Positions 51,501-64,000 of a stretch of DNA of 64,000 nt are shown piece after piece (positions within the stretch are counted from its first letter, which is position 1; the number at the start of each line of letters is the position of its first letter). The translations under genes and the position numbers were made by a program. Where the stretch lies: positions 7,378,001-7,442,000 of the forward strand of contig NC_092671.1 in NCBI RefSeq assembly GCF_964355755.1. Direction: 5' to 3'. The stretch comes from Antedon mediterranea. Its lineage: Eukaryota; Animalia; Echinodermata. The notes under the pieces were generated by a model that worked only from the letters and a program-made list of their open reading frames with translations, was not told where the DNA came from and did not search any database.

Positions 51501-52885
51501 AGAATAACATTAAACATTATTTTAGATGGCAATTTATGTGGATTCATCCATGACTAGTTTCAATTTACTTTAACATGTTGTAGTAGATCTAATAATTAAA
51601 TATTCCACAGCAGAACACAAATTATGAAGAGGAAATCATACAAATAACCAAGTGTAACAATAATTTCCTTAATAACCAAAGTTATATAAAAACGTATAAT
51701 ATTACAGGCGAATTAATTGCTAATTTTAAAAGATGTAGTAGAAAATAAACTAGGAGATAAAATGGAAATGTTTGTATTTCGAGCATTTTGAATTATAATA
51801 GAAATTAATGGAAGGCTATAAAAGCCAAATAATTCCATATTTAGAAATTTTATAGAATTGATTATGTTGCCTTTGCACAACCTAAAGGAAAAATGAACAA
51901 TACTAGCAAAATAATTGGATAATATTTATAAGTTAAAATCGAGTGAAATGAAGACTTGAATCCTTGATTTCGTGGAATCATTCAAAGTCCAACGATCCAA
52001 ATCTTAACATTAATCTGATGTAAGCTAAGAAGATGACCAAAAAAACACTTTCATGATAATTTTTCAAAATAAAATATCAATTTCAGCTATTTATTTTATA
52101 AAAAAGGAATTAATCATCTTTAGTTCATCTTGAGGTAGAACTTTGTCCATGTCTCAGGTAGACATATTTTCTACATTTCTTCAGTACAGTAAAACATACA
52201 TTCTAGCGAAAGTGTCGTTGGATTTCTTCATATCAATACTTCTTCATATCATTGTGTGTTTTTGTGTATAAAAGTGCAAACTTTATTATTTATTATTACA
52301 TTTTAGTAGAGTATCCAAATAAATACTTTATAAAAAAGCACAATCACAAGGAAAGAGAAACAATATGTATAAAGACCAAGCAATAAAATAACAATGTAAA
52401 CACAAAGACAAACACAGTGCATAATTCTATTAGTGTTTTAGCAGAGTTTAGTTTGCGAAATACAGTATCTCCAAGCACCAAATGAATATATATGTGACAA
52501 AATGTTAAGTCCAGCTCATTCTAAACATGTTAATCTAACCCAACAACATAATAAAGCAATTTAAGCAACCAGGCACCACTCCAACAGTGACCATTTCATT
52601 TTTTGATGCAAGTTGTCTTGTCATTGTCTAAACATCAGGTGTCTTACTATCCACTTCTTAGTTCAGACAGTCAAATGTGTATGTATATTTATAGTACTCT
52701 GCCATCAGCCTCAGCAATGCCTTTCTACTGAGTATATACTTGTGATCATACGGCTCCAAATTTCATGTTTAAACATACAACACATCTTTAAGATTCCCAA
52801 TAAACGTTTTTCTAAATCAATGTTTGTATAAAACTGCACTAAAATATGTACAATAAGAAAAAACCTAAAAAAATGTTGATCTCAC

Positions 52886-53095
52886 CTGACGGACTCATGG
52901 TATTATGTGATGTAGTGGATGTACTGCTGGGAGACGGCATAGAGTCATTGCGGAGGGAACCTAGGCCACCAAACTCAGATCCTGGAGTTCTATTGCCAGT
53001 GGGAAAGCCATGACCTATCACAGAAAAAGCACTTGGAACACTTGACATGGAGAATGGTTCTTGAGACGTACCAGTACTTGGAAAACCAGAATGAC
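52886..53095 (-). CDS. BAZ2B: BAZ2B exon 2
   Basis: tag/gtgaga, phase 1-1; EPFSMSSVPSAFSVIGH...GSEFGGLGSL matches the BAZ2B N-terminal SAF..SEFGGLG motif; followed by a 20.5-kb intron. Confidence 0.93.
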
Positions 53096-55481
53096 CTAGA
53101 AAAGAAGACAAAATAATTTAAAATTATTATCATTTATTGTACTATAAAGTATAATGTATATACTGTATACTTCAGTATTTATCAGCAATTAATGCATGAC
53201 ACAATTCCCCAATAATTTGCAGTCTATAGTTTTACCTTTTAATTTCTGGTTGTAATTTTGTATTTAGCATTAGCAGTTCTAACACACAGTAAACTAATAA
53301 TATAAATCGTTATAAACCCAAATTTTGTGATTTTGTTTCCTTTAAATTGCAGAGCTTCATTATTCATAAATTGTTAACGATGCAACGTTTACAGCCATAG
53401 TAAATACACATAATATTAGATAAACCTTTACTGCATTAATCTGTATAATACCAAATTCACTCTCTTAAATGAAGATACAGTACTTTACTTTAGTTGACCT
53501 CACTAATACAGAAACCAAGCCAATCACAAGTGAGAACAAAAATAAGCAATGTTTGATTTACCAAAAATACAATTATGAATAAATTAACTTTATGAAACGC
53601 AGTATTCATTAAACATATATATTTCATACAACAAACAATATAACTCCACTAAGAATTTTTTTAAGTATATTATCATAGATACAGTATAAAATAAGGATAT
53701 ATAATTCATTCATGCCAACACCCAATTTTTAATATTTCTCTTTGCCGACGACGCTTGTTCTAAATGCAAAATGCTAAACATGTATTTTTAAAATTCATAA
53801 TTAGCAAAGCAGATGGTTTAGCACTCGTGATACGCTGTCAATAAGGTTTTATAGATGTTGATGTCTCCAAGAAAAAAAATAACAATCTCTAATATGATTT
53901 ATTATGAATATCAGTGTGTGTAGTGTAAAGAAAAGTTCATATTTGAAAAGGTTGATAACATGTATAGAAAATGGATAGATGTTTTAGTGAATTTTGAAGA
54001 CATCATAACTCATTATTAACAATGACATTCCAATATATTGGATTTCTGATCTGTTATTTAAAAGAATTGTGTTCAACTTTGAAAGTGGTTGTGCAGATGC
54101 GTAAACACCAAAACCGGCATATGTATGTACTGGTTCAAGTGATGGTTGGATCTACCAAATTTGTGTAAATGTTCTTTAAACCTATCAGATAAAAAAACTG
54201 TCTTTAAACATTTAACCGTTTTTTATTATTAATTAATTTAAGTCTTGTCTTTTATTATTTTCTCTGTTTTTACTTTGAGTTCAAGCTGTTTACAGTGTAT
54301 TATTCTAATCCAAATTCACCACATTATTAAGAGAATTTTATTTGCTCTACATTTATCAATTTTGATTAAATTTTTAAATGGATAAATGTCATTTTGATAT
54401 TCTATTAAACTTTTAACATATAATCTTTTATCCTAACCTAAAGGTTTTATACTGTAGGCCTTAATGATTTTGATTGGCGACACTAACCACGATTTAGAAA
54501 CTCATTCAAAAAAAATTCTACATATTTTTAAAAGCAATATTTCTGTTATTCCTTCGTTCTTAACGTCAGTTTACCTGATGGAGTTCCAGGTGACGCATAA
54601 TATCCAGGTAACAAAATCCAATTATCAAATATAATCCAATTCTAATTTTGGAATAGAATTCATCATGCAGATCTTAGCACCTTTAAATTAGTCGCAATTA
54701 TTATTTGAAAATTCAAACTATTTGTCCTTTTCAAAGTAATAAATCTGTACAATTTTAGGATTAACATTTTATTTTCATATTTCTTTGTTCCAAGCTCATA
54801 AATTCACCCAACATCCATTGCTGTTCAACCTTTATTTGAACTTTCATTCAACCATCTGTATATATTTTAATCCACCTATTACTACCACATAATTTCAACA
54901 GAACAAATATAACACTTTCGACCATTCACATGCACACACTCATTATATCCTCTTTATTGCCTTAGTGGCTGCGGCGATGCATGCATTTGTTTTATTCATC
55001 GGAGGCCGACGTTTCCTTCCTGAGATCGAAATGGTCGCATGTTATGCATCAGTGATTTCTAATGTGACTAACTAAATTTTGTCACTAATCAAACCAATTT
55101 GAAATTAAATGACATTTAAATTTCCCATAATCCCACCTGTCATACAGTGGTAATCGTAATAGTGCGACAATGATTGGAAAAGTTAGGTGTATTTATTAAG
55201 CATCAAGAACATTAGGCATTTTAACAAAATATGTTGTTAAGTCCAGTAAGTCCATAGGATTTGGAATTTAGTATGTTACATGCAAATAAATGGATAAGGT
55301 ACAGTAGATTCACTGTTTAGAATTATACAAGTTTAAACTCTTCTCCTAAATATGTCATATAGCCTCAATAACAAAAATATAATTATTTTATACAGACAGA
55401 ATAATTACAGATTTAACAGGAGAAAAAGCGGATGGGGTACTGCAGTAATGTTTTATCTGATGTCAATACAATTTTTGTTTA

Positions 55482-55688
55482 CCGTAGATGGTTTGGAGAA
55501 CCTATCATTTCTCAAACGAAAGAAGGAAAGAGGAGCAGGGGTAGGAGACGAGTAATGTGGATGACAAGTGTAATTGAGTGGTTACCAGAAAATGGTAAAA
55601 AACACCAAGGAGTGGACCTGTTAACGAAAACGAAAAGCAGAAAATTGTGGAAGAACATCCATAGATATGGCACCTAGATAGAGAGATT
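55482..55688 (+). mobile_element. 5'-truncated RTE-clade LINE 3' end
   Basis: EGKRSRGRRRVMWM...LLTKTKSRKLWKNI..YGT* then an (AG)n-like tail, typical of an RTE ORF C-terminus. Confidence 0.75.
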
Positions 55689-57923
55689 TGTTTAAACTGC
55701 TGGTAAATTCTAAACAATTTCAACTGGAATACTTTTATTAAAATATTAAACTATGAATTTATAGATCCTGACAATCTTGAGGTTCACAGTGCCTATGAAT
55801 CGACTTGTATTATACTCAGTATTGTCATATCTTCTTCAACAGTTCTTAAAAACATTTCACAAAAATATTTATTTGGTTTATAACCACTTATGCTCTCTGT
55901 AAACATAATTCCTTTGTAAATATAATATAAATACAATATTTAACTTATGCACTGTAACTGTCCTCAGTTGTTGTGTTGTCTGGTGAAGTTGTGAAGAAAA
56001 ATCTGGTCACAACAGATCAGTCAAAGACACCTATTTAAACTGCTAAAATATCAGAATTTAGACAAAATAATAATCTGGTATATTTGTTCTGAGAATTTTA
56101 CAGCATCTGGCATTTGTTGGAAATGGATTAGTGTCCAATGGTCAATCCTTGATAGCCATTAATGACCACAGGCAGTTTTACAATTAGTTTAGTTTATCAT
56201 ACCATATAGGGTCAAATTCTGAATCTTGGTTGTATTACATCCAAAAGCAAGCAATTCTACAGTAGATAATGTAAATCCAAATAATTTCAGATTTATTAAA
56301 TATATTTGAAAGGTGTAGAAAATTGACCAGTGAAATACTGGGAATTGATCAATTTATTTAGTTACTTTACCAGTTACAGTAAAAACAAAATATGCAATTT
56401 AAACCATAAATAATCAATAATTAATGAATTATGACATCATACTGTATATCTAAATAACATTAGACATATCTTATAAACAGTAATAATAAATTAAAAGTTT
56501 AAAGGTTACAATGTGCATATATTATATTGTACACATAGTTTATCTGCTGGTCATTGCACCTTTCCTAACAAAAATTCAAAATTATCTTATAGCTTTTTTA
56601 AAATTTTAATTTCTCTTCAATAGTAGCGTGCATTAACAAACTGGTGATCATGTTTTAGTCTTTGTTAGAACACAAAGAAAGAAAAGCAAGTATAACCTTA
56701 CACAAAACATGAATGGAAACACTTATGTCTCAAGATTGGACCCATGGACTCTACCATACAGATCTGGGGTTAAACTATTAACTTTACAAACATTTCAATT
56801 TTGCATAAATATCTAATGGAGCATAACACAATGTTATTGTACTTACCGTACTTTATCATATGTTCATAATAATCGACTGATCATAGTTAATAAAAAGAAC
56901 AAACATACACAATGAACGATACGATGATGATTATGAGTTATCATTCCCTATCAGTATAATGGTATAGTCCAAAGCAATCCACACGTTCAAAACAAGTGTA
57001 AATATAAAAAGAAATGGCAGAACATATGTCTATATAACTCCCAATTACAGTATTATCCTGAGTAAGAAACAATGGCATCCACAGACAGATAGAAAAATAA
57101 GAGTGGGCCTAACGATATCCAATCACATACTAAGCAACTAAAACAGACATCCTAGCGAACAAGCTTAATTCACGAACTCACCGTGACCTTACCAGGTGCA
57201 ATCATGGGCCACAATAGTACTACAGTAATACAAAGCTTTTAATTTTAAACTCTTTTATTAATCATCATAATATTTCAACTGTTTCTTTGTTGTCTAACAA
57301 AAGGTAAATTAGTGCGTAGAGGAAAACAAGCAATAGTCTGCTTTATTAAGATCTAATATTCAAATGTGTGTACCTGTAGGTATAGGAAACCACAACAAAA
57401 AAAGTTAAATACCACATTATCCACATTTTCCTTTTTAAATTCTAAAAGGAAAAGTCCAACTGAACTTTATCATAAAAACGAACAATGATACATTATAAGG
57501 TTCAGTACAATAACTATAATAACTAAATCATTATAGCTTTAATTAATAATACTAAAAAATATATGTTCAATTTGTATCAACAACAACTTTAATTTCATTC
57601 CAAAAGCTGGAAAACTAAAAACTAAAAATCTGAATCTACACAGTATGGTTCCAATACAATTTCTGTCGAATGTTGAAATTACAGTACAGAATGTATAACT
57701 GTATTATATAACATCAGCTGTTTCATAAACTTATACATAAATTCCTGATTTAATTTGGTGGATAGACCAATTAAATTGATGAGTCAATTCTACAGTATAG
57801 TTCCAAATTCCAATGAAAAGTAGAAGAGTAGGTTATTTGCCAACAGCATTGTTAATAACTTCAGTTATTATTTTAAATCTAGTATAGATTTGACATAGTA
57901 CAACCCTATAGGTCTTCGCTATT

Positions 57924-58086
57924 CAGTGGCGGATCCAGGATAGAGGGGGGGGGGGGGGTTGGCTTGGCCTAAAAGTAGTGAAATGAAGTCCTGAACTTAA
58001 TTTGATGTCCTATCTTTTTGCATTACAATTTGTGTAATTTAGAGGAGGCCTGGGCTGACTGGGCCCGCTCTTTGAATCCGCCCCTG
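57924..58086. mobile_element. MITE with CAGTGGCGGATCC / GAATCCGCCCCTG termini (hAT-like)
   Basis: 13-bp imperfect TIRs, internal poly-G, flanked by direct repeat CTATT; related fragments near 27655 and 63360. Confidence 0.8.
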
Positions 58087-60414
58087 CTATTCGAGTACAT
58101 GGGATGGGATTATACTTGGCATTTATTTACCAACAGTCTAGTGGTACCTGAAACATCGACTCAACTAGGCAGTTTGAGTATGAGATGCTAGGTCAAATAC
58201 ACTACTGTATTCAAACTCATTTTAAGGCTGCTGTTTGTGTGTTAGTTTGTGGATTTACTCACTAACTCTTACTCTTGCCACAAGTTTCAAAGTTACTTTG
58301 TAGTGCCACCAGTATCATCATGCGTGCCAAAATTATTTTCTTTCTCTGATTTATGAATTGCCATCTAAAACATAGACTAAACAGACACAAGATTCTACAA
58401 CCATTTTATACTACTGTAGTTATCACTGCGAGTCATAAATTATTACAAAGTCTCTGATAAAACTTATTTACTTCTTTTAAATGAAAGAAACAACATTTTT
58501 TTATAACATTAGCCCTGAAGTTTTAAAACCAAACCTCTTTGTTCATGTGACTAATTTTATATTTAGCCACTCAAAAATAAATAATAAAATAACCATGTGA
58601 TTACTGATTATTTTATTAGGTTATTATTTATTAACTAGTTAGTAAACCAACCAGTCCGCCCTGAGCAGGTATTCTAATACATCACCTGAATCATTATTGT
58701 GATTCATTTTCCAGAGAAGTTATAAAATTTGCTAACGGCAAACAGGAAATGAGAGATTAATATTAAAGGATACAATAGTTTAATTTAAACCCTTAATTTT
58801 TAAGCAACAAAAAAGGCGTAGTAATATTGCAAGGTAACACCTTACAAAAATTTGGGTAAACTTTCATTCAGTAAATACACTCTTTCCCACATGGATAGAT
58901 TTACATTTATATGAAATTTTAAATTTTCATGTGATTACCAAATTATGACAAAGGTTGAATTTAAAAGTTATATGACTGGGTATAATCACATTCTCAAGTA
59001 TTATGACCACATGATTTAGGATAATGCCACCCCTACAGTAATTTACATACTCAAGCCCCCCTGATTTTTCAGCTTGTAAAAGTTAGATTAATTGTACCTA
59101 GCCAACTAGTTTTCATTGAGCAAGCATGACTTTTAGGTTAAGTTGAGAATTTTAAAAACACTAAACTTACTGTATGCTCCAGTAAGTAAAAACGTCGTTC
59201 ATTTAAATACCATTTAACAGGTTACAGTATTTGGTTGTCTATCTGCTACCAAGTAATCAATTCACACACTATTTGAAAATGTTTGTCTTCCCAGCAGATG
59301 CGCTTTCAACTTTCAAACAGTATGTTATAAACAGTCAAAACAAAATAAAGGTAAAACTAAAAAAAACTAAATAAGTGGTTCCATTAATAGCATTCTATTT
59401 GCATGAGTTAAGCCCCTGTAGGCATTTACACAGCATCTGGAAGACATGTTCTAAATATTGTACCAATTATCATTTTACTTTACTCACCACTCAAATATTT
59501 TCAGTACATATTTATAACCGTAATAATTTATCTCAACAAGAAATTACTTGTGATAAATAGTGACGTTGTTTGGTAGTGATAGTAGATGTTTGTCACTGAT
59601 ATTGTAAATATAAATAGTATTTTTTCCGGCTAAAACCCTCTTCTGGAGACTGAATGGTCCATCATGTATCCTTGGAATACAGCATAACTCTATTAAATCC
59701 ATTTTTCATAAACGATTAAATAAGTCAACGCATTCCATTTTCCAATGACTCAACCCTCATTCTTCTCCATGATATTTTTTAGGTTCTCTCAAGAAAGTAG
59801 TGATAGTATGATACTGGTTTGGATTGTCTTGCAGGTACTGTATAAATAGGTTTTTACAACAGCTTTTCAGAGCTGTTATAAAGTCATGAATGTACAAGAC
59901 ATATTTGATTCTTACCCTTTATTTGTATCAAACTTTATTTGTCTCAGAACGTGTGTACACTGTATAATGGAAATGATGTTTCCACTAATGACTATGTGAA
60001 TGTTCAAACTCTTTATTTCAATACAATCATGTTGTTATAACAAATCGGATTATAAAACGTATATTTATTTAAACAATATAATAAAGCGTAACTTCTGTGA
60101 AGCGCCAACACAATGTAGGTGGAAATACACAATAGGTGGCACTGTTGTATTTCAAAAGCAAAAGTATAAAAAAAATATTTTCAAAAAAAAGAAAACAATT
60201 TTTTTTCGTACACGAAAAAAGTACTATTGAATGACCGTTCAATAGTGCATACTATTGCATGCCATGTGACCCACAATCTTTCTATCAAATTACAGTAATT
60301 TATTTAGGTGTTATATAAAATGAAATACAGTAGTGTAATAGGAAAAGTAATGAAATCGGTATGGCAATTATAAGGACAACCAGTAAATATTTAAAATAAA
60401 TAATAAAGACTAAC

Positions 60415-60490
60415 CAAGTAAATGTGGTGATTCATAAACACTTCTGGTCCCAAGAGGGCTCTCAGAGGAGGAGTTCTCTACTGGTTCCAT
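60415..60490 (-). CDS. BAZ2B: BAZ2B first coding exon
   Basis: tttttcag|G ATG GAA; MEPVENSSSESPLGTRSVYESPHLL G|gttagt, phase 1 matches exon 2. Confidence 0.82.
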
Positions 60491-61897
60491 CCTGAAAAAT
60501 AAAAAGCAAGGATCATTCTAGTATGTCTACACTACAGTACAAGTGATATTTATGAACAACTATCCCATGCATCAGAGGATTACTTCACGTAAGATGCTGT
60601 GTAAAATAGAAATAATAATAATCATCAATTTAAATACATATTTTTATCGCCTTACACAACAAGTATTAAATATAAATTTAAATCATCATACATCCTTTTC
60701 AACCCCATCAAAGAAGTCTATTACCCAACATCATCTCTTCCTTGCATCAATCTCGTTTTGATTATTTCAAAAGTATAAATTCCACAGCCAAAGGCCTATA
60801 AAACCAGCCTGATTGAATATAAAGATCTATCTTGTCAGTAGAACATTCCTAACTAATCATTACCACATATAATTTGACAGTACAGTATATGGATAAGACA
60901 TTATAAGAAAATCTGAATGCTACAGACCTTACCAGTAAAATAAAGGATTTAACGAATAGTCCATTGCACACATTAAACCCTGTTTAAATGACAGCAACAA
61001 AAGAATGCTTCGCTAGCCTTCAATTAATGACTACAGATCTTGCTTTGCAGTTTTTCCTTTCTCTCTTCGAACTACTAATTATAATTTCTTCAACACAGCT
61101 GATATTATTAACCATAGTAGCATATTATATCCATCACTGCACACTCTACAAACAATATCTCAACGAAGAGCAATCCATATTGTAATTCATCAAACTGGTT
61201 ATATTATTCACTGAATCCTAAATATGTACATATCAAATATTGTGTTTATTTTCATTCAAATGGTTATTAGTATGTTTTTTAACAGGATCCTATCTCATGG
61301 TGAAACAACATGAATAGCCTATTCATCAAAACAAATCACTGTTATTTAAAGGTATTCATCTATGCTGACATATTTATTGTACTGTGTATTTTATACCAAA
61401 TAAAAGGAAGGTACACAAATTATTTTCTATTATTGGAAAAGATAAAATAATAAAAGGAGTTAATATGAATATTATTAACAATAAAATACTTATAATATTT
61501 GATTATTCCTTTTACAATTTGTTATTGTGTACAGTAATTTCTCAAAATTTGTTGAAATTATGGTCAAATAGCTAGTAAATTAGTAATCTATTTATATATA
61601 AATTATGGTTAATTCTGACATAGGCGAGCACAATGCAAAAACTTCGGTACAAATCTCCGCCTTGGATACCTACTGTACCTTATCTATCTCAGAGGTACCG
61701 CGAAACGTAGATTTGATAACATTAGTTTTCACATCGACGCTATTGTTCGATATTTCTATCTTAGGAAGATATTATAAAGGGTTTTATAAGAAATTTTCTG
61801 ATTTCAATCAGTAAATTTTAACTCTACGCGCGGTAGAAGTAATTTCTGGGTTCACGGTAAGGTGTTGGTTTCAACCAGGGAGTTGTAAAACAACTAC

Positions 61898-61980
61898 CTG
61901 TTTCAACTAAGTTGGCCGTTGGTGCTCGGTGGCGATAGCCATTTTGTTTTTTTGTTTATTTTCGGACCGCGCGTGTGAAG
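61898..61980 (-). promoter_or_regulatory. Putative non-coding first exon/TSS region with YY1-like motif and uORF
   Basis: CpG-rich patch; CAAAATGGCT; CAG|gtagtt donor at 61898; CCAAT/ATTGG motifs upstream at about 62143 and 62202. Confidence 0.55.
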
Positions 61981-62313
61981 TTATATAATAGTAGTACATA
62001 AACTCCGATAGCAGAGTTGTTGAGTAAACTGCCAAGACTTTATGTATACTGTGCGCTATCTGTGTCCCGTCAGGACCCTGGGATACTTCTGCCCATGTTG
62101 CAAGCCGTCTAAACTGTGTCGCGGAATAATGTATTAATTATACCAATTAGGATGGTATTTTTAGTAGATTTCTTCGGACTGTTATCTACAATTTACCTAG
62201 CATTGGTTATTCTTTTTTACCACTTTTCATATCTACAATAAACACTATACGCCTTAAACGCTATTAATCATCTAAGACACTTAGGTTAGTGAGTACGTTT
62301 AGTTTTACGAATA

Positions 62314-62476
62314 TCAAAAGCATTTACATAATGGTGACCGACCGAAATTGTCCAGGCCAGAATGTCCTTCTAAAACTGTTTACGTCCCGAGTCATTATCA
62401 TTCCGAGAACCATCGTCTACACTTCCTAGAGGGGGAGCGAGCAGGGGGAGCGAGCGAAGCGAGCTCACCCTCTAGT
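62314..62476 (+). mobile_element. Short Helitron-like element (3' end clear, 5' end tentative)
   Basis: GGGGAGCGAGCGAAGCGAGCTCACCC hairpin followed by CTAG|T at 62472-62476; candidate A|TC 5' end at 62314. Confidence 0.6.
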
Positions 62477-64000
62477 ATGAAGAAATTACTTTTAATGCTA
62501 TTTTTATAAGTACTTTTGTACATACACTTGTAAATAAATGTCCCTGAAATTTGGCTTATTATGATTTCTTTGTACACACATACAAATATTACTAGTATTT
62601 AAATATAGATTTGCTAAATGTCATTGTTATCATATCAGTTTTCTTCTTCAAAATATTATGTGCAAAATCAATAATGAAATGAAAATGCAGTGGTGTTAGT
62701 ATTGTATGTACAGTACTGTGTATATGGAAAAAAGGCTTATATAAAAACAAAAAAAAATATGAATTTGAATCTAAACTAATGTAACCACAGTAGTTTGTGG
62801 TGCAACGACCAATCAAATTGATTGATTCAACTGATCTAGAATTTCCTGCAGGAACGTTAGGTCTGAACATACCCTAAAATTAAGCAGTACTGTAGGTCAA
62901 CGAATGTGCATTGAGATTTAAAGCAGAGCAATATTCAATCAACACAATAATTGCTAGGTGTTGCGATTGCTACAGAACTTATTTTCAAGTCATGTCCATG
63001 AATTTTTACTTTAAAATTATCTAATATTCTTATTATCAGATATCAAGCTATGGACACGTATTACTTCCCAATCAAATTATGAATTATTGGGAATATCTTC
63101 CTGTGTTATTAAGCTTAAAATGCGAACTGATAACTATTAATATCACAATTAATATGTCATGATATCGTTCTACAAACTGTAATATTATTTAGTAGAAGTT
63201 GTAAATAATATGAACGTTATTCTTAACGATATTAACAAAGCAGCATACAGTAAAATGACCACATGTAATATTACAACTTGTTTGTTAAATGCTTACTTTC
63301 CTAATTTAGTTTAGGTGTCAAAAGGGAGAGGGAGTGGGGATAGCCTAAAGTGCAACCCTACTGGATCCACCCTTGGCCTATCTAGTATCTAACAAGTCAT
63401 ATCAATCTTGGGACATACTGTACACTGTACAATTTCAATTTTTGTCAATCGTAACAACACAGAAACAAACATAGAGGGCATTCTCGCTATGTTTATTATA
63501 TCACAGCAACATTGAACATATATTTATATATAATATATATAAAGACATTTTTTCCCATTTTGCACATTAAATGATATTGATATGGCGTATCACATATTCA
63601 TATATTATAATTTTGTTGCTGAAAATGTATTCATTATTAGAAAATGTTTCAATTGTGATGATGAGTATTTTAATTAGCTATCATACATCTAAATAATGAG
63701 TTTTTAATTAAAATACCACCATATGGTTTTATATAAAGAATTCAGAGTTTTAACATTATTTTTTTTTATTTAATGTCTATTCTTTATAACAACATTCACT
63801 ATACTATTGATATTGTATTGTACTTCCTGATGCTATAGACAAAAGGTCATTGAAAACACAATAAAATAAATGTATTATTCAAAGCTTACTACTACTACTA
63901 CTACTGTATATATAGCAACCTTTGTTTTCTCATCTACTACAGTATATCTAGAAGGCAATCACACTGTATATTTAATGCTTTATGATATAATAATAATATG

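Larger units (their letters stand above)
3742..60490 (-). other. BAZ2B: BAZ2A/BAZ2B (toutatis/TIP5) orthologue, coding span of 32 exons, about 2113 aa
   Basis: Hand-spliced exons, all GT-AG and phase-consistent, sum to 6342 nt; domain order TAM-DDT-WHIM-PHD-PHD-bromo; several motifs near-identical to recalled vertebrate BAZ2B. Confidence 0.95.

Noticed and set aside
32365-52885. Nested gene in the 20.5-kb intron
   Set aside because: Only short AT-rich ORFs without domains or consistent splice chains were seen; a non-coding RNA cannot be excluded by eye
54575-54640. Exon ending at CAG|gtaaac
   Set aside because: The ATG frame gives phase 0, incompatible with exon 2; the phase-1 frame has no matching acceptor or start

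Overview
AT-rich invertebrate animal DNA (probably deuterostome, judging from a Deu-domain SINE and the exon structure), not prokaryotic. Almost the whole window is one minus-strand spliced gene, the BAZ2A/BAZ2B (toutatis/TIP5) orthologue. I traced 32 coding exons by hand from ATG 60490 to TAG 3742. All junctions are GT-AG and phase-consistent, giving 6342 nt (about 2113 aa): N-terminal SEFGGLG/WW motifs, AT-hook, TAM/MBD, coiled coil, DDT, WHIM1-3, two PHD fingers and a bromodomain. A probable non-coding first exon with a uORF lies at about 61898-61980, and a probable poly(A) signal at 514-519. The signal-peptide start of a laminin alpha-like gene (1..113, minus) runs off the left edge and is absent from the ORF track. 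Introns hold PIF/Harbinger-type MITEs, a Deu-SINE, an RTE LINE end and several minisatellites; a Helitron-like end lies upstream of the gene. Most listed ORFs are repeat artefacts or exon read-throughs. I found no new multi-gene system. The best leads are regulatory and all are untested hypotheses: unannotated alternative or truncating exons between TAM and DDT, next to a 4x octamer cluster; inverted MITEs flanking a stop-free 252-nt exon block; a triple AACCGGTT cluster; a uORF; and an excess of TACWGTA footprints.
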